Positions 20,024 through 29,431 of a DNA stretch of 64,000 nucleotides are shown piece by piece. The translations under genes and the position numbers were made by a program. The notes beneath the pieces are model-generated. The model saw nothing but the letters and a program-made list of their open reading frames with translations, ran no database searches and was not told the origin of the DNA. This DNA comes from an uncultured Gammaproteobacteria bacterium (GTDB lineage Bacteria; Pseudomonadota; Gammaproteobacteria; UBA9214), in contig CAVVHS010000005.1 in NCBI GenBank assembly GCA_963748215.1, positions 32,001-96,000 of the forward strand, written 5' to 3'. The stretch's first letter is position 1. Each line of letters begins with the position of its first letter.

Positions 20024-20165
20024 GTGCGCCTTCCAGTCTAGCTAGCCCGCATTTCTCACCGGGCGGCGGTTATCCGACTCAAATGAACTGAACTATGAAA
20101 TTAATACTCATTCGGCAATAAACAATGTGTCATTGGCCGCTGCCTATCCCGGTGAGACATGCGGG

Positions 20166-21518
20166 CTAGAACGGCAGGCCCATCGGCCCCTTGCCTTTCA
20201 TGCCGCGCAGCATCTTGCCCATCCCGCCTTTCGACATCTTCTTCATCATTTTCTGCATCTGCAGGTGCTGTTTCAGCAGGCGGTTCACGTCCTGCACCTG
20301 GGTGCCGGAACCCGCCGCGATGCGACGCCGGCGCGAGCCGTTGATTACACCCGGGAAGCTGCGCTCGTGCGCTGTCATGGAATTGATGATCGCCTTCATG
20401 CGATGGACCTGTCCGTCATCGGCCATGGCGTTTTTCGGCAACTGGCCCATCCCGGGCAGCTTGTCCATCAGGCCGGCGAGCCCGCCCATGTTCAGCATCT
20501 GGTCGAGCTGGTCGCGGAAATCGTTCAGATCGAAACCCTTGCCCTTGCTGATCTTCTTCGCCAGCTTGGCGACGGCCTCCTTGTCGACCTTCTGCTCGGC
20601 CTCCTCGACCAGGCTCAGCACGTCGCCCATGCCGAGAATGCGCGAGGCCACGCGGTCGGGATAGAACGGCTCCAGCGCCGCCGTTTTCTCGCCCACGCCG
20701 ATGAACTTGATCGGCTTGCCGGTGACCGAGCGAATCGACAGCGCGGCACCGCCACGGGCGTCGCCATCGGTCTTGGTGAGCACCACGCCGGTCAGCGGCA
20801 GGACCTCGTTGAAGGTGCGCGCGGTATTGGCGGCGTCCTGGCCGGTCATGCTGTCGACCACGAACAGTGTCTCCACCGGGTCGATCGCCGCGTGCACGCG
20901 GCGGATCTCTTCCATCATCTCGTCATCGATGTGCAGGCGGCCGGCGGTGTCGACGATCACCACGTCGATGTGCTGCTTGCGCGCATGCGCGACCGCATCG
21001 CGGGCGATGGTGACCGGGTCCTGGTCGGCACGACTCGGGAAGAACACCGCGCCCACCTCGTTCGCCAGCGTCTGCAGCTGGTCGATGGCCGCGGGCCGGT
21101 AGATATCGCAACTGGCCAGCAGTACCGTCTTCTTCTCGCGTGCCATCAGCCTGCGCGCCAGCTTGGCGCTGCTGGTGGTCTTGCCGGAACCCTGCAGGCC
21201 GGCCATCAGGATCACCGCGGGCGGCTGCACGTTCAGATGCAGCGCGTCGTTGGCATCGCCCATCACGTGCACCAGCTCGTCGCTGACCACCTTGACGAGG
21301 GTCTGGCCCGGGGTCAGGCTCTTGAGCACATCCTGGCCAAGGGCGCGCTCGCGCACCCGGTCGATGAACTCTTTCACCACCGGCAGGGCGACATCCGCTT
21401 CCAGCAGCGCCATGCGCACGTCGCGCAGCGCGTCCCGGATATTGTCCTCGCTCAGGCGCCCCTGCCCGCGCAGGTTGCGGATCGTTTTGGAGAGGCGTTC
21501 GGATAGATTGTCAAACAT
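20166..21518 (-). CDS. ffh: Signal recognition particle protein
   Basis: GLQGSGKTT, DTAGR, TKTDGDARGG, Met-rich M domain. Confidence 0.98.
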   Translation of the reverse strand: MFDNLSERLSKTIRNLRGQGRLSEDNIRDALRDVRMALLEADVALPVVKEFIDRVRERALGQDVLKSLTPGQTLVKVVSDELVHVMGDANDALHLNVQPPAVILMAGLQGSGKTTSSAKLARRLMAREKKTVLLASCDIYRPAAIDQLQTLANEVGAVFFPSRADQDPVTIARDAVAHARKQHIDVVIVDTAGRLHIDDEMMEEIRRVHAAIDPVETLFVVDSMTGQDAANTARTFNEVLPLTGVVLTKTDGDARGGAALSIRSVTGKPIKFIGVGEKTAALEPFYPDRVASRILGMGDVLSLVEEAEQKVDKEAVAKLAKKISKGKGFDLNDFRDQLDQMLNMGGLAGLMDKLPGMGQLPKNAMADDGQVHRMKAIINSMTAHERSFPGVINGSRRRRIAAGSGTQVQDVNRLLKQHLQMQKMMKKMSKGGMGKMLRGMKGKGPMGLPF

Positions 21519-21642
21519 GGCGTCGTGTTCCGGTTCGTCCCGGGCCTGGCAGCAAGGACCGGATTATACCCGCTAATCACCTTACTGTGCGGGTAGCCGG
21601 CCGACTCTTCAATGCCCGCAGCAGTTGTGCGATGATGCCGCC

Positions 21643-22452
21643 ATGGTTCCGATACTGCCCGGCTTGCTTTCCATAGTCCTGTACCTGGCTGCGAGTTCGC
21701 TGCTGGTGATGCGGCTGGCGGGCGGCGGCACCGTGTTCAACTGCCACCGCAAGCAGATCCTCACCGTCAGCGCGGGTGCGATCATTATTCACGCGGGCTT
21801 CCTGTATCCGCTCGTTTTGCAGACCGAAGGCCTGAACCTGGGCTTTTTCTACGCGGCCTCGCTGATCGCGCTCACCTCGGCCCTGCTACTGGTGCTGGCT
21901 AACCTGTTCCAGCCGGTAGACAACCTGGGGATCGGCGTGTTTCCGCTCGCGGCACTGAGCATCGGCCTGCTGCTGGCCTTCCCGGCCGAGCACCTCATCA
22001 CTGAATCCTCGTCCTGGCAACTGGACAGCCATATCCTGCTTTCGCTGCTCGCCTACAGCATCCTGGGCCTCGCCGTCGTGCAGGCCATCCTACTGGCCAT
22101 CCAGGACCGGCATCTGCACAACCGCCAGCCGGGCGGCTTCATCCGCGCCCTGCCCCCGCTTGCCGTCATGGAGACGCTGCTGTTCCAGATGATCGCCGCC
22201 GGCTTTGTCCTGCTGACGCTGGCGCTGGTCACCGGCGCCCTGTTTCTCGAGGATATCTTCGCCCAGCACCTGGTGCACAAGACCGTTCTCTCGATCGTGG
22301 CCTGGCTCGTGTTCGCCATCCTGCTGTGGGGGCGCTGGCGCTTCGGCTGGCGCGGCCGTACCGCGCTGCGCTGGACGATCGGCGGCTTCATCTTTCTGAT
22401 GCTCGCCTACCTGGGCAGCAAGTTCGTGCTGGAACTGGTGCTGGGGCGCTAG
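21643..22452 (+). CDS. ypjD: Cytochrome c assembly family inner-membrane protein (YpjD/CcsA-like)
   Basis: Multi-TM; LPPLAVMETLLF, HKTVLS, GWRGR, LAYLGSKFVLE; divergent from ffh as usual. Confidence 0.9.
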   Translation: MVPILPGLLSIVLYLAASSLLVMRLAGGGTVFNCHRKQILTVSAGAIIIHAGFLYPLVLQTEGLNLGFFYAASLIALTSALLLVLANLFQPVDNLGIGVFPLAALSIGLLLAFPAEHLITESSSWQLDSHILLSLLAYSILGLAVVQAILLAIQDRHLHNRQPGGFIRALPPLAVMETLLFQMIAAGFVLLTLALVTGALFLEDIFAQHLVHKTVLSIVAWLVFAILLWGRWRFGWRGRTALRWTIGGFIFLMLAYLGSKFVLELVLGR

Positions 22453-22649
22453 CCCGCGTTTCCCATCGCCCCAGGCATCGCCCATTGACACACTGTCTGG
22501 TGTCAAACCGGCATCATTTCCGTCATTTCCATCATTCCGGCTCGTGATATGGACAACCGCCGCCCGGCGAGAAGCGCGGGCTGAGCCTGACACATCCCGC
22601 GGTTTTGCGTACACTTGGGCCTCGATAATCAACCAGAGGCTGTCCCCGT

Positions 22650-23945
22650 TTGGACGACACCCCACTAAGCGTGCTGTTTGCGGCGCTGTTCTTCCTGATA
22701 CTGCTGTCCGCCTTTTTCTCCGGTTCCGAAACCGGCCTGATGACGCTGAACCGCTATCGCCTGCGCCACCTGGCCGATAAAAAACATCCCGGCGCCCTGC
22801 GCGCGCAGAAACTGCTGGAACGCCAGGACCGCCTGATCGGGTTGATCCTGCTCGGCAACAACTTCGTCAACATCCTCGCCTCCATCCTGATGACGCTGAT
22901 CGCACTGCGCATCAATGACGATGCAGGCTTCATCTTCGCAGCCGGCATGGTGCTGACCATCGTCATCCTGCTGTTTGCCGAGGTCACGCCCAAGACACTG
23001 GCCGCGCTGCACCCGGAACGCATCGCCTTCCCGGCGTCCTTCGTGTACGTACCGCTGCTGCGCCTGTTGTACCCGCTGGTGTGGGTCGTGAACATGATCG
23101 CCAACGGCCTGCTCAGGCTGCTGGGCGTGTCACCCGAAGGCGGCGCCTCGCAGGCACTGACCAAGGAGGAGTTGCGTACCGTGGTGCTGGAGGCCGGCGC
23201 GATGATTCCCGCGCGCCACCAATCGATGCTGCTGAACCTGATGGACCTCGAACATGTGAGCGTCGAGGACATCATGGTACCGCGCAACGAGGTCACCGGC
23301 ATCGACATCAACGACGACTGGGCCACCATCAGCAAGACGCTGACCGACAGCCAGTACACCCGCATGCCGCTGTACGATGAAAACATCGATCACGTCATCG
23401 GCATCCTGCACATGCGCGACGTGCTGCCGCACCTGTACCGCGGCGAACTCGATCACGCCGCGTTGAGGGACATCGCACGCGAACCCTATTTCATCCCCGA
23501 AACCACCTCGCTGAACCGGCAGCTGCTCAACTTCCAGCGCAAACGCCGGCGCATCGGCTTCGCCGTGGACGAGTACGGCGACATCCAGGGGCTGGTGACG
23601 CTGGAAGATATCCTCGAGGAGATCGTCGGTGAATTCACCTCGGACCCGTCCGCCCAGTTCGAGGATATCCAGCCGCAGGAGGACGGCACCTGGCTGGTGG
23701 ACGGCACGGTCAGCATTCGCACCCTGAACGCCGCACTCGACATGGCGCTATCCACCGACGGACCGAAGACGCTCAACGGGCTCATTATCGAGGAACTCGA
23801 AATGATCCCCGAGACCAACACCAGCCTGCTGCTCGATAACCACCCGGTCGACATCCTGCAGACCAAGGACAACCGGATCAAAACGGTACGCATCCACCCG
23901 GCGCTGAAGAAAGCGGAACCGGACGTGACGGAGCCCGGCACATGA
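22650..23945 (+). CDS. CNNM/HlyC-CorC family transporter (CorB/YfjD-like)
   Basis: SAFFSGSETG, ILLGNNFVN, FAEVTPK, CBS pair, VDEYGDIQGLVTLEDILEEIVGE; TTG start. Confidence 0.93.
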   Translation: MDDTPLSVLFAALFFLILLSAFFSGSETGLMTLNRYRLRHLADKKHPGALRAQKLLERQDRLIGLILLGNNFVNILASILMTLIALRINDDAGFIFAAGMVLTIVILLFAEVTPKTLAALHPERIAFPASFVYVPLLRLLYPLVWVVNMIANGLLRLLGVSPEGGASQALTKEELRTVVLEAGAMIPARHQSMLLNLMDLEHVSVEDIMVPRNEVTGIDINDDWATISKTLTDSQYTRMPLYDENIDHVIGILHMRDVLPHLYRGELDHAALRDIAREPYFIPETTSLNRQLLNFQRKRRRIGFAVDEYGDIQGLVTLEDILEEIVGEFTSDPSAQFEDIQPQEDGTWLVDGTVSIRTLNAALDMALSTDGPKTLNGLIIEELEMIPETNTSLLLDNHPVDILQTKDNRIKTVRIHPALKKAEPDVTEPGT

Positions 23946-24214
23946 AACTCCTGTTCAATCTCGAGGTCATTGAAGGTAACCGTGTCCGGGCGCGCCCCAG
24001 CGATTACCTCAACTCGCTGGAACCGCAGGAACAGCTCGCCGCGGTCCGGGAATTCCTCGCCTGGGCCGAGCAGGAGGTGGCCGGCAACAGCGATCCGCAG
24101 GCACGCGCCGAGGCCGAAATCGGCATCGCCACGGCACGGCAGTTTCTCGACCGGCTGGAACAGACACAGGCACGGATCATCACCGATCCACGCGGGAGCC
24201 AGACGCATGACTGA
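23942..24214 (+). CDS. Hypothetical 90-aa helical protein
   Basis: ATGA overlap with upstream gene, 8-bp overlap with msrB; host-like codon usage. Confidence 0.75.
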   Translation: MKLLFNLEVIEGNRVRARPSDYLNSLEPQEQLAAVREFLAWAEQEVAGNSDPQARAEAEIGIATARQFLDRLEQTQARIITDPRGSQTHD

Positions 24215-24608
24215 CAAGATCAGCAAGACCGACGACGAGTGGCGCGCACAGTTGACCACGGAACAGTACCAGGTCACGCGCCGGCACGGCACGGAACGGC
24301 CGTTTACCGGCAAGTACCTCGACTGCAAGGACGACGGCACCTATACCTGCGCCTGTTGCGGCGCGGAACTGTTCCGCTCGCAGGACAAGTTCGATTCCGG
24401 CAGCGGCTGGCCCAGCTTCGTGCGCGCCGGCAACAGTGAAAACATCCGCACGGTCACCGACTCCAGCCACGGCATGGTACGTACCGAAGTGACTTGCGCA
24501 CGCTGCGATGCGCACCTCGGTCACGTGTTCGAGGATGGCCCGGCGCCGACCGGGCTGCGCTACTGCATCAACTCGCTGTCGCTCGGTTTCGACGACGACC
24601 CGTCCTGA
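24207..24608 (+). CDS. msrB: Peptide-methionine (R)-S-oxide reductase
   Basis: [39 protein letters not shown]. Confidence 0.97.
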   Translation: MTDKISKTDDEWRAQLTTEQYQVTRRHGTERPFTGKYLDCKDDGTYTCACCGAELFRSQDKFDSGSGWPSFVRAGNSENIRTVTDSSHGMVRTEVTCARCDAHLGHVFEDGPAPTGLRYCINSLSLGFDDDPS

Positions 24609-24844
24609 CCCGTAGCGACGCGTCGCGTCGCGGGCCTCCAGCCGATTGATATCCATCAAGCCTGCCGCAATGAACGGATGCCGCCGACGGACAATGGGAG
24701 TATGGTGACTGTTGCAGGATCATCGCCACCTGATGGTTGCGATCACTTACACACGCTGGACGGAATAACATGAACGCGTCTCATCTGTCTTCCCGAAGAT
24801 CAGATCGAAGCGACGCTCGGCCAGCTCAGCCAGGAGACAACACC

Positions 24845-25444
24845 ATGCACAACATAACGATCAGACACTGCGCACTTTTCACGGCCGGCCTGTTGCTTGC
24901 GAGCACCGCCGGTGCATTCGATATGGGCAATATGATGAATCCAACCAAGTGGATGGGCGGCGATAACGATGATGACCGCTATGATGACTACGGCGGCGGC
25001 TATCCGGGTGGTTATGGCGGCGGCTATCCGGGCGGTTACGGCGGCGGCTATCCGGGTGGTTATGGCGGCGGCTATCCGGGCGGTTACGGCGGCGATCCCG
25101 GTTATGGGTATGGCACCACCTACGGCGCGCCCGGCTACGGCGGCATGCCCGGCTATGGCGGCGAGCCCGGTTATGGGTATGGCACCACCTACGGCGCACC
25201 CGGTTATGGCGGCGCGCCCGGTTACGGTGGCATGCCCGGTTACGGCGCCACGCCCGGTTACGGCGGCTCGCCCGGCGTTGGCGGCGTCTCCGGCTATACC
25301 GGCGCACCGCCCCCCAGCGCAACGCAGCCGGATAGCGGCAGTGACGAGGAGATCAAGCAGCTGAAAGCGCGCATACGCAAGCTCGAGGAGGCCAACAAGC
25401 CGGGGCAGCCGGTCTGGGGTCAGGAGGGCTACGGATACCGCTGA
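24845..25444 (+). CDS. Secreted Gly/Tyr/Pro-rich repeat protein, sulfur-globule-protein-like
   Basis: RBS AGGAG; signal peptide ending AGA; GGGYPGGY tandem units, GAPGYG units, C-terminal coiled coil. Confidence 0.7.
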   Translation: MHNITIRHCALFTAGLLLASTAGAFDMGNMMNPTKWMGGDNDDDRYDDYGGGYPGGYGGGYPGGYGGGYPGGYGGGYPGGYGGDPGYGYGTTYGAPGYGGMPGYGGEPGYGYGTTYGAPGYGGAPGYGGMPGYGATPGYGGSPGVGGVSGYTGAPPPSATQPDSGSDEEIKQLKARIRKLEEANKPGQPVWGQEGYGYR

Positions 25445-25646
25445 TCTGCCGTCCGGAGACAGCTGCTCCGGCGTTCCGCACTGACTGTTCCGGACTTATT
25501 CCCGGGTCAGGGTAAGTGTCCGGCCATCGTCAAGCGCCCCCTGCAGCGTGTTTTCGTCAACACGCTGCAGGGTGGCGATATTGTCCTTGCTATAGTCTGT
25601 ACAGACCTGTGACCGTTCACAGTCGAAAGCGACTGGCTGCCGCATT

Positions 25647-26867
25647 ATGAAACGCAGGGAGTTCATCAACTTTTCGATGCTCGCGCCGCTGGCCGCGGCG
25701 TTTCCACCCGGCGTGTTCGCCATGCCAGCCCCAAGCGCCCGCGCACAGACACAGATGCCAGATACCCTCACCCTGTTTCTCGCCGGGGATGTCATGACCG
25801 GGCGCGGCATCGACCAGATACTGCCGCATCCGGGCGACCCGCACATCTTCGAATCCTGGAGCCGCTCGGCGCTGGATTATGTGCAACTCGCCGAGCTGGC
25901 CAACGGGCCGATCCCCCGGCCGGTGGACTTTGGTTATATCTGGGGCGATGCGCTGCCGGTGCTCGAACAGGCGGCACCCGACGTGCGCCTCATCAACCTG
26001 GAGACAGCGATCACGGCGCGCGGCAAGCCCTGGCCACGCAAGGGCATCCAGTATCGCATGCACCCGGACAACATCGCCTGCCTCAGCGTCGCCGCGATCG
26101 ACTGCTGCGTGCTGGCCAACAACCACGTGCTGGACTGGGACTACGCGGGACTCGGGGAGACACTAGCCAGCCTGGATCACGCCGGACTGACGGGCGTGGG
26201 CGCCGGTCGTGACGCGACAGCGGCACGGGCGCCCGCCGTCATCGCACTGCCGGGAGGTGGCCGGCTACTGGTATTCGCCTGGGGCCTGCCCAGCAGCGGC
26301 ATCCCCGCGGCCTGGGCAGCCGCCGCGCACAAGGCGGGTGTCAAGCTGCTGCCCGACCTCTCGCAGCAGGCCATCGATCACGTTACCACTACCGTGGCGG
26401 CACATCGGCAACCCGGCGACGTGGTGGTCGTTTCCCTGCACTGGGGCGGTAACTGGGGCTATCAGGTGCCGGATGCACACCGCCGCTTTGCGCATGCCCT
26501 CATCGACCTTGCTGCAGCCGACCTGATTCATGGCCATTCCTCGCATCATCCGCTGGGGGTCGAGCTTTACCGGGACAAGCTGATTCTCTACGGCTGCGGC
26601 GACCTGATCGATGACTATGAAGGCATCAGCGGTCACGAGCAGTACCGGATCGACCTTGCCCTGCTCTACCTGGTGACGCTGGAAACTGGCAGTGGCAGAC
26701 TGCGCCAGCTGAAGATGGTGCCGATGCAACGCCGGCGCTTCCGCCTCAATCGTGCGGCCCATGCGGACAGCATCTGGCTGCAGGGCATGCTGGAACGGGA
26801 AAGCCGCGTGGCGGGCAGGCGGATCGAACTGTCGGATGACACCACGCTGCGACTGCAATGGAATTGA
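25647..26867 (+). CDS. CapA-family metallophosphoesterase with Tat signal
   Basis: KRREF twin-arginine; GDVMTGRG, INLET, LANNHVLD, SLHWG, HGHSSHH, YGCGD. Confidence 0.9.
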   Translation: MKRREFINFSMLAPLAAAFPPGVFAMPAPSARAQTQMPDTLTLFLAGDVMTGRGIDQILPHPGDPHIFESWSRSALDYVQLAELANGPIPRPVDFGYIWGDALPVLEQAAPDVRLINLETAITARGKPWPRKGIQYRMHPDNIACLSVAAIDCCVLANNHVLDWDYAGLGETLASLDHAGLTGVGAGRDATAARAPAVIALPGGGRLLVFAWGLPSSGIPAAWAAAAHKAGVKLLPDLSQQAIDHVTTTVAAHRQPGDVVVVSLHWGGNWGYQVPDAHRRFAHALIDLAAADLIHGHSSHHPLGVELYRDKLILYGCGDLIDDYEGISGHEQYRIDLALLYLVTLETGSGRLRQLKMVPMQRRRFRLNRAAHADSIWLQGMLERESRVAGRRIELSDDTTLRLQWN

Positions 26868-26895
26868 TGCGCGACGCGGGGTTGAGAAACGACGC

Positions 26896-27975
26896 CTACT
26901 GATCCAGTGCAGGGTAATCGGTGTAGCCATGCTCGTCGCCGCCATAGAAGGTATCGGGGTCGGGTGTGTTGAGCGCGGCGCCCTGCCGGAAGCGCTCAAC
27001 CAGGTCCGGGTTGGCGATGTAGAGGGTACCGAAAGACACCATGTCCGCCGCGCCGGACTGAATGGCCTGCTGTGCGCGTGCCAGATCGTAGCCGGCGTTC
27101 GCCAGGTAACAGCCGCTGAACGCTGCGCGGATCCGGCCATAGTCCAGGGTTCGCACAAACGACGGCATGTCGCCCTCGACGACGTGCAGATAGGCCAGTC
27201 CGAAGCCGTCCAGCATGGCAGCAACCTGTTCGAAGGTGGCCTGCGGGTCGCTGTCGTGCATATCGTTGAAGCTGTTTTCCGGGGAGATGCGCACCCCGAC
27301 CCGTCCTGCACCCGTGACCCCGCACACCGCCGCGGTCACCTCGCGCAGCAGGCGCATGCGGTTTTCCAGGCTGCCGCCATAGAGATCGGTACGCCGGTTG
27401 CTGCCATCGCGCAGGAACTGGTCGAGGAGATAGCCGTTGGCGGCATGGATCTCGACACCATCGAATCCTGCCTGCAGCGCATGATGGGCGGCCTGCGCGT
27501 ACTGCTCAACGAGCGCCGGGAGTTCCTGCGTCTCCAGCGCCCGCGGCGTAACGAACGGCTGCATGCCCGTATAGGTGACTGCGTCTCCTGCCGGGCGGAT
27601 GGCCGATGGCGCCACCGGCAATACCCCGCCGGGTTGCAGTGACGGATGGGAAATACGCCCGACATGCCAGAGTTGCAGGACGATACGGCCGCCCCGGTCA
27701 TGCACGGCCAGAACCACATCCTGCCAGCCAGCCAGCTGTTGTGCGCTGTGGATGCCAGGTGTCGAGGGGTAGCCCAGGCCCTGCGGCGATATCTGGGTGG
27801 CCTCGGCGATGATCAGGCCGGCCGAGGCGCGTTGCCGGTAATACTCCACGTTCATGGCCTGCGGCACGTTGCCCTCACCTGCCCGGTTACGGGTCAGGGG
27901 CGCCATCACGACGCGGTTCGGCAACTCCAGCTGGCCGGCGGTGAGCGGTGTAAAAAGATCCCTGTCTGCAGTCAT
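26896..27975 (-). CDS. Old yellow enzyme alkene reductase (NemA-like)
   Basis: NRVVMAPLTR, QLWHVGR, EIHAANGYLLDQF, NPDLVERF, GYTDYP. Confidence 0.95.
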   Translation of the reverse strand: MTADRDLFTPLTAGQLELPNRVVMAPLTRNRAGEGNVPQAMNVEYYRQRASAGLIIAEATQISPQGLGYPSTPGIHSAQQLAGWQDVVLAVHDRGGRIVLQLWHVGRISHPSLQPGGVLPVAPSAIRPAGDAVTYTGMQPFVTPRALETQELPALVEQYAQAAHHALQAGFDGVEIHAANGYLLDQFLRDGSNRRTDLYGGSLENRMRLLREVTAAVCGVTGAGRVGVRISPENSFNDMHDSDPQATFEQVAAMLDGFGLAYLHVVEGDMPSFVRTLDYGRIRAAFSGCYLANAGYDLARAQQAIQSGAADMVSFGTLYIANPDLVERFRQGAALNTPDPDTFYGGDEHGYTDYPALDQ

Positions 27976-28113
27976 TGCTGTCTCGCTGGCCCGGGGTACC
28001 CCGGGCTGCAAATTATCCATATATGAAATTCAAAACAAGTGACGGCCGAATGGCCATCAGCGGCAACCATCCCGGGAAACACCTTTTCGCGGGGCATTAT
28101 CTGCCCCGGTGAT

Positions 28114-28725
28114 TCAGACAAAGAGTGTGATATCCGCCCCTTTTGCGCTATCCAGATAGGTTGCCGCACCGGCCCATTCGGAGATTTCCGGGATGAAATC
28201 CTCCTGCTTCCAGCCAAACAGGTCGACCGTCATCTGGCAGGCAACCAGTTTGACCTCCGCCTCTATGCACAAATCACGCAGCTCCGGGATGGTCGCGATC
28301 CCATGGTTTTTAACCGTCATTTTCATGAACGATGTCGCCATGTTCTCGAATCCGGGCACACCGGCCATGAGCAGGTTGGGCATGTTCCACTCGACACCCT
28401 GAAACCATTTCGGTCCGAACGGCATTTTCATTGGCATGGCCGGATTGCCCAGGGGACTGATGTGCAGATTCAGATCCTTTTTCAACAGGGCCAGGCCGTA
28501 GAAGGTAAAAAACAGCGTGGCATCCCAGCCCATCGCGGCAGCAGTCGAGCCGACGATAAGGGGCGGATAGGCCCAGTCCAGCGTGCCTTTTGTCACCATG
28601 ATGGAGAGTTTTGGCGTCCGGCTCTCATCCTGCTCCCGCATCTTTTCCTCGAAGCGGCGATCAAACCACGCCTTCAAATCATCCGCCGACATCGCTGCAA
28701 GCGATTTACCTGAAATATCATTCAT
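28114..28725 (-). CDS. DsrE2-like (DsrE/DsrF/DrsH-like) sulfur-carrier family protein
   Basis: TKGTLDWAYPP, LFFTFYGL, ACQMTVDLFG, AGAATYL, ADITLFV. Confidence 0.88.
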   Translation of the reverse strand: MNDISGKSLAAMSADDLKAWFDRRFEEKMREQDESRTPKLSIMVTKGTLDWAYPPLIVGSTAAAMGWDATLFFTFYGLALLKKDLNLHISPLGNPAMPMKMPFGPKWFQGVEWNMPNLLMAGVPGFENMATSFMKMTVKNHGIATIPELRDLCIEAEVKLVACQMTVDLFGWKQEDFIPEISEWAGAATYLDSAKGADITLFV

Positions 28726-28783
28726 ACCAACCCTGAATACCTCCGTCAGTCCCGCCGGTCAGCCCGTGGCCAGCGAAGAATTG

Positions 28784-28797
28784 ATGATGCATATCAT
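28784..28797. promoter_or_regulatory. FNR/CRP-family-like palindrome upstream of DsrE2-like gene
   Basis: ATGAT-GCAT-ATCAT vs FNR TTGAT-N4-ATCAA (8/10), ~60 bp upstream of start. Confidence 0.35.
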
Positions 28798-28920
28798 TAC
28801 CGACCGCTGTCCCTGGCCAGCCCCCGCCACGGCTTTCAGCCGGTTCGCCCGGCGCCTGCGTCCTGGCCGTCGCGCAGTCGCGGCGGCGGACAAAGCCAGG
28901 GACAACCGTAACTGGCGCGA

Positions 28921-29190
28921 TCAGATCGGCCCGACCAGCCTGGCCTCCAGGTTCAGCGAGGTGAAGCTTTTCAGCACCTGCTGCGAGGAAAACATATCGC
29001 GGTCGTATTTCACCAGCAACAGATGATGACGCAACGGGCAAAATTCGGCTGCGCTGATGACATTCATCTGTTTCAGTTTAGAGACCACACGATCACGCTG
29101 TTGCTCCCCCAGGTCATCCTTTACATACACAACCACTTCAACAACACTTTTGACGTTATCAATCGGCATCTGTTCGGCTATCGCATCCAT
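28921..29190 (-). CDS. Small HMA/ferredoxin-fold-like protein, paralog A
   Basis: RBS GAGGAG; VEVVVYVKDDL...AEFCPLRHHLLLVKYDR...ARLVGPI; clear paralog of 32940-33206. Confidence 0.8.
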   Translation of the reverse strand: MDAIAEQMPIDNVKSVVEVVVYVKDDLGEQQRDRVVSKLKQMNVISAAEFCPLRHHLLLVKYDRDMFSSQQVLKSFTSLNLEARLVGPI

Positions 29191-29431
29191 AAGTAGCTGT
29201 CTCCTCACTCGATCAATTACTGTTCTTTCACCCTGTCGTCGGTAACCCGCCACTCGCCCGGGTTACCTGACTGACAGCGCGATACTACTCGCCGGATTAC
29301 AAATTACAAAATGTTAATACACTGTTAGTCCGCTACTCGTATCAGAACGGTGCGTGTCTCACCGGCTTGCAGTAAAAAGACCGCGATGCATGCGACCCTG
29401 CTGTCCGGCCGTGACAGACGGCGTGCAGCCG

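Noticed and set aside
19824-20045. 73-aa + strand ORF over the candidate sRNA
   Set aside because: Its TTG start lies inside the -12 promoter element, upstream of the predicted +1; no RBS; the Q/E-rich translation simply mirrors the A-rich motifs
24992-25270. Tandem repeats as a non-coding array
   Set aside because: In-frame coding repeats of a signal-peptide-bearing protein
24207-28725. Selenocysteine recoding in MsrB or the DsrE2-like protein
   Set aside because: Catalytic positions are ordinary Cys codons within uninterrupted ORFs
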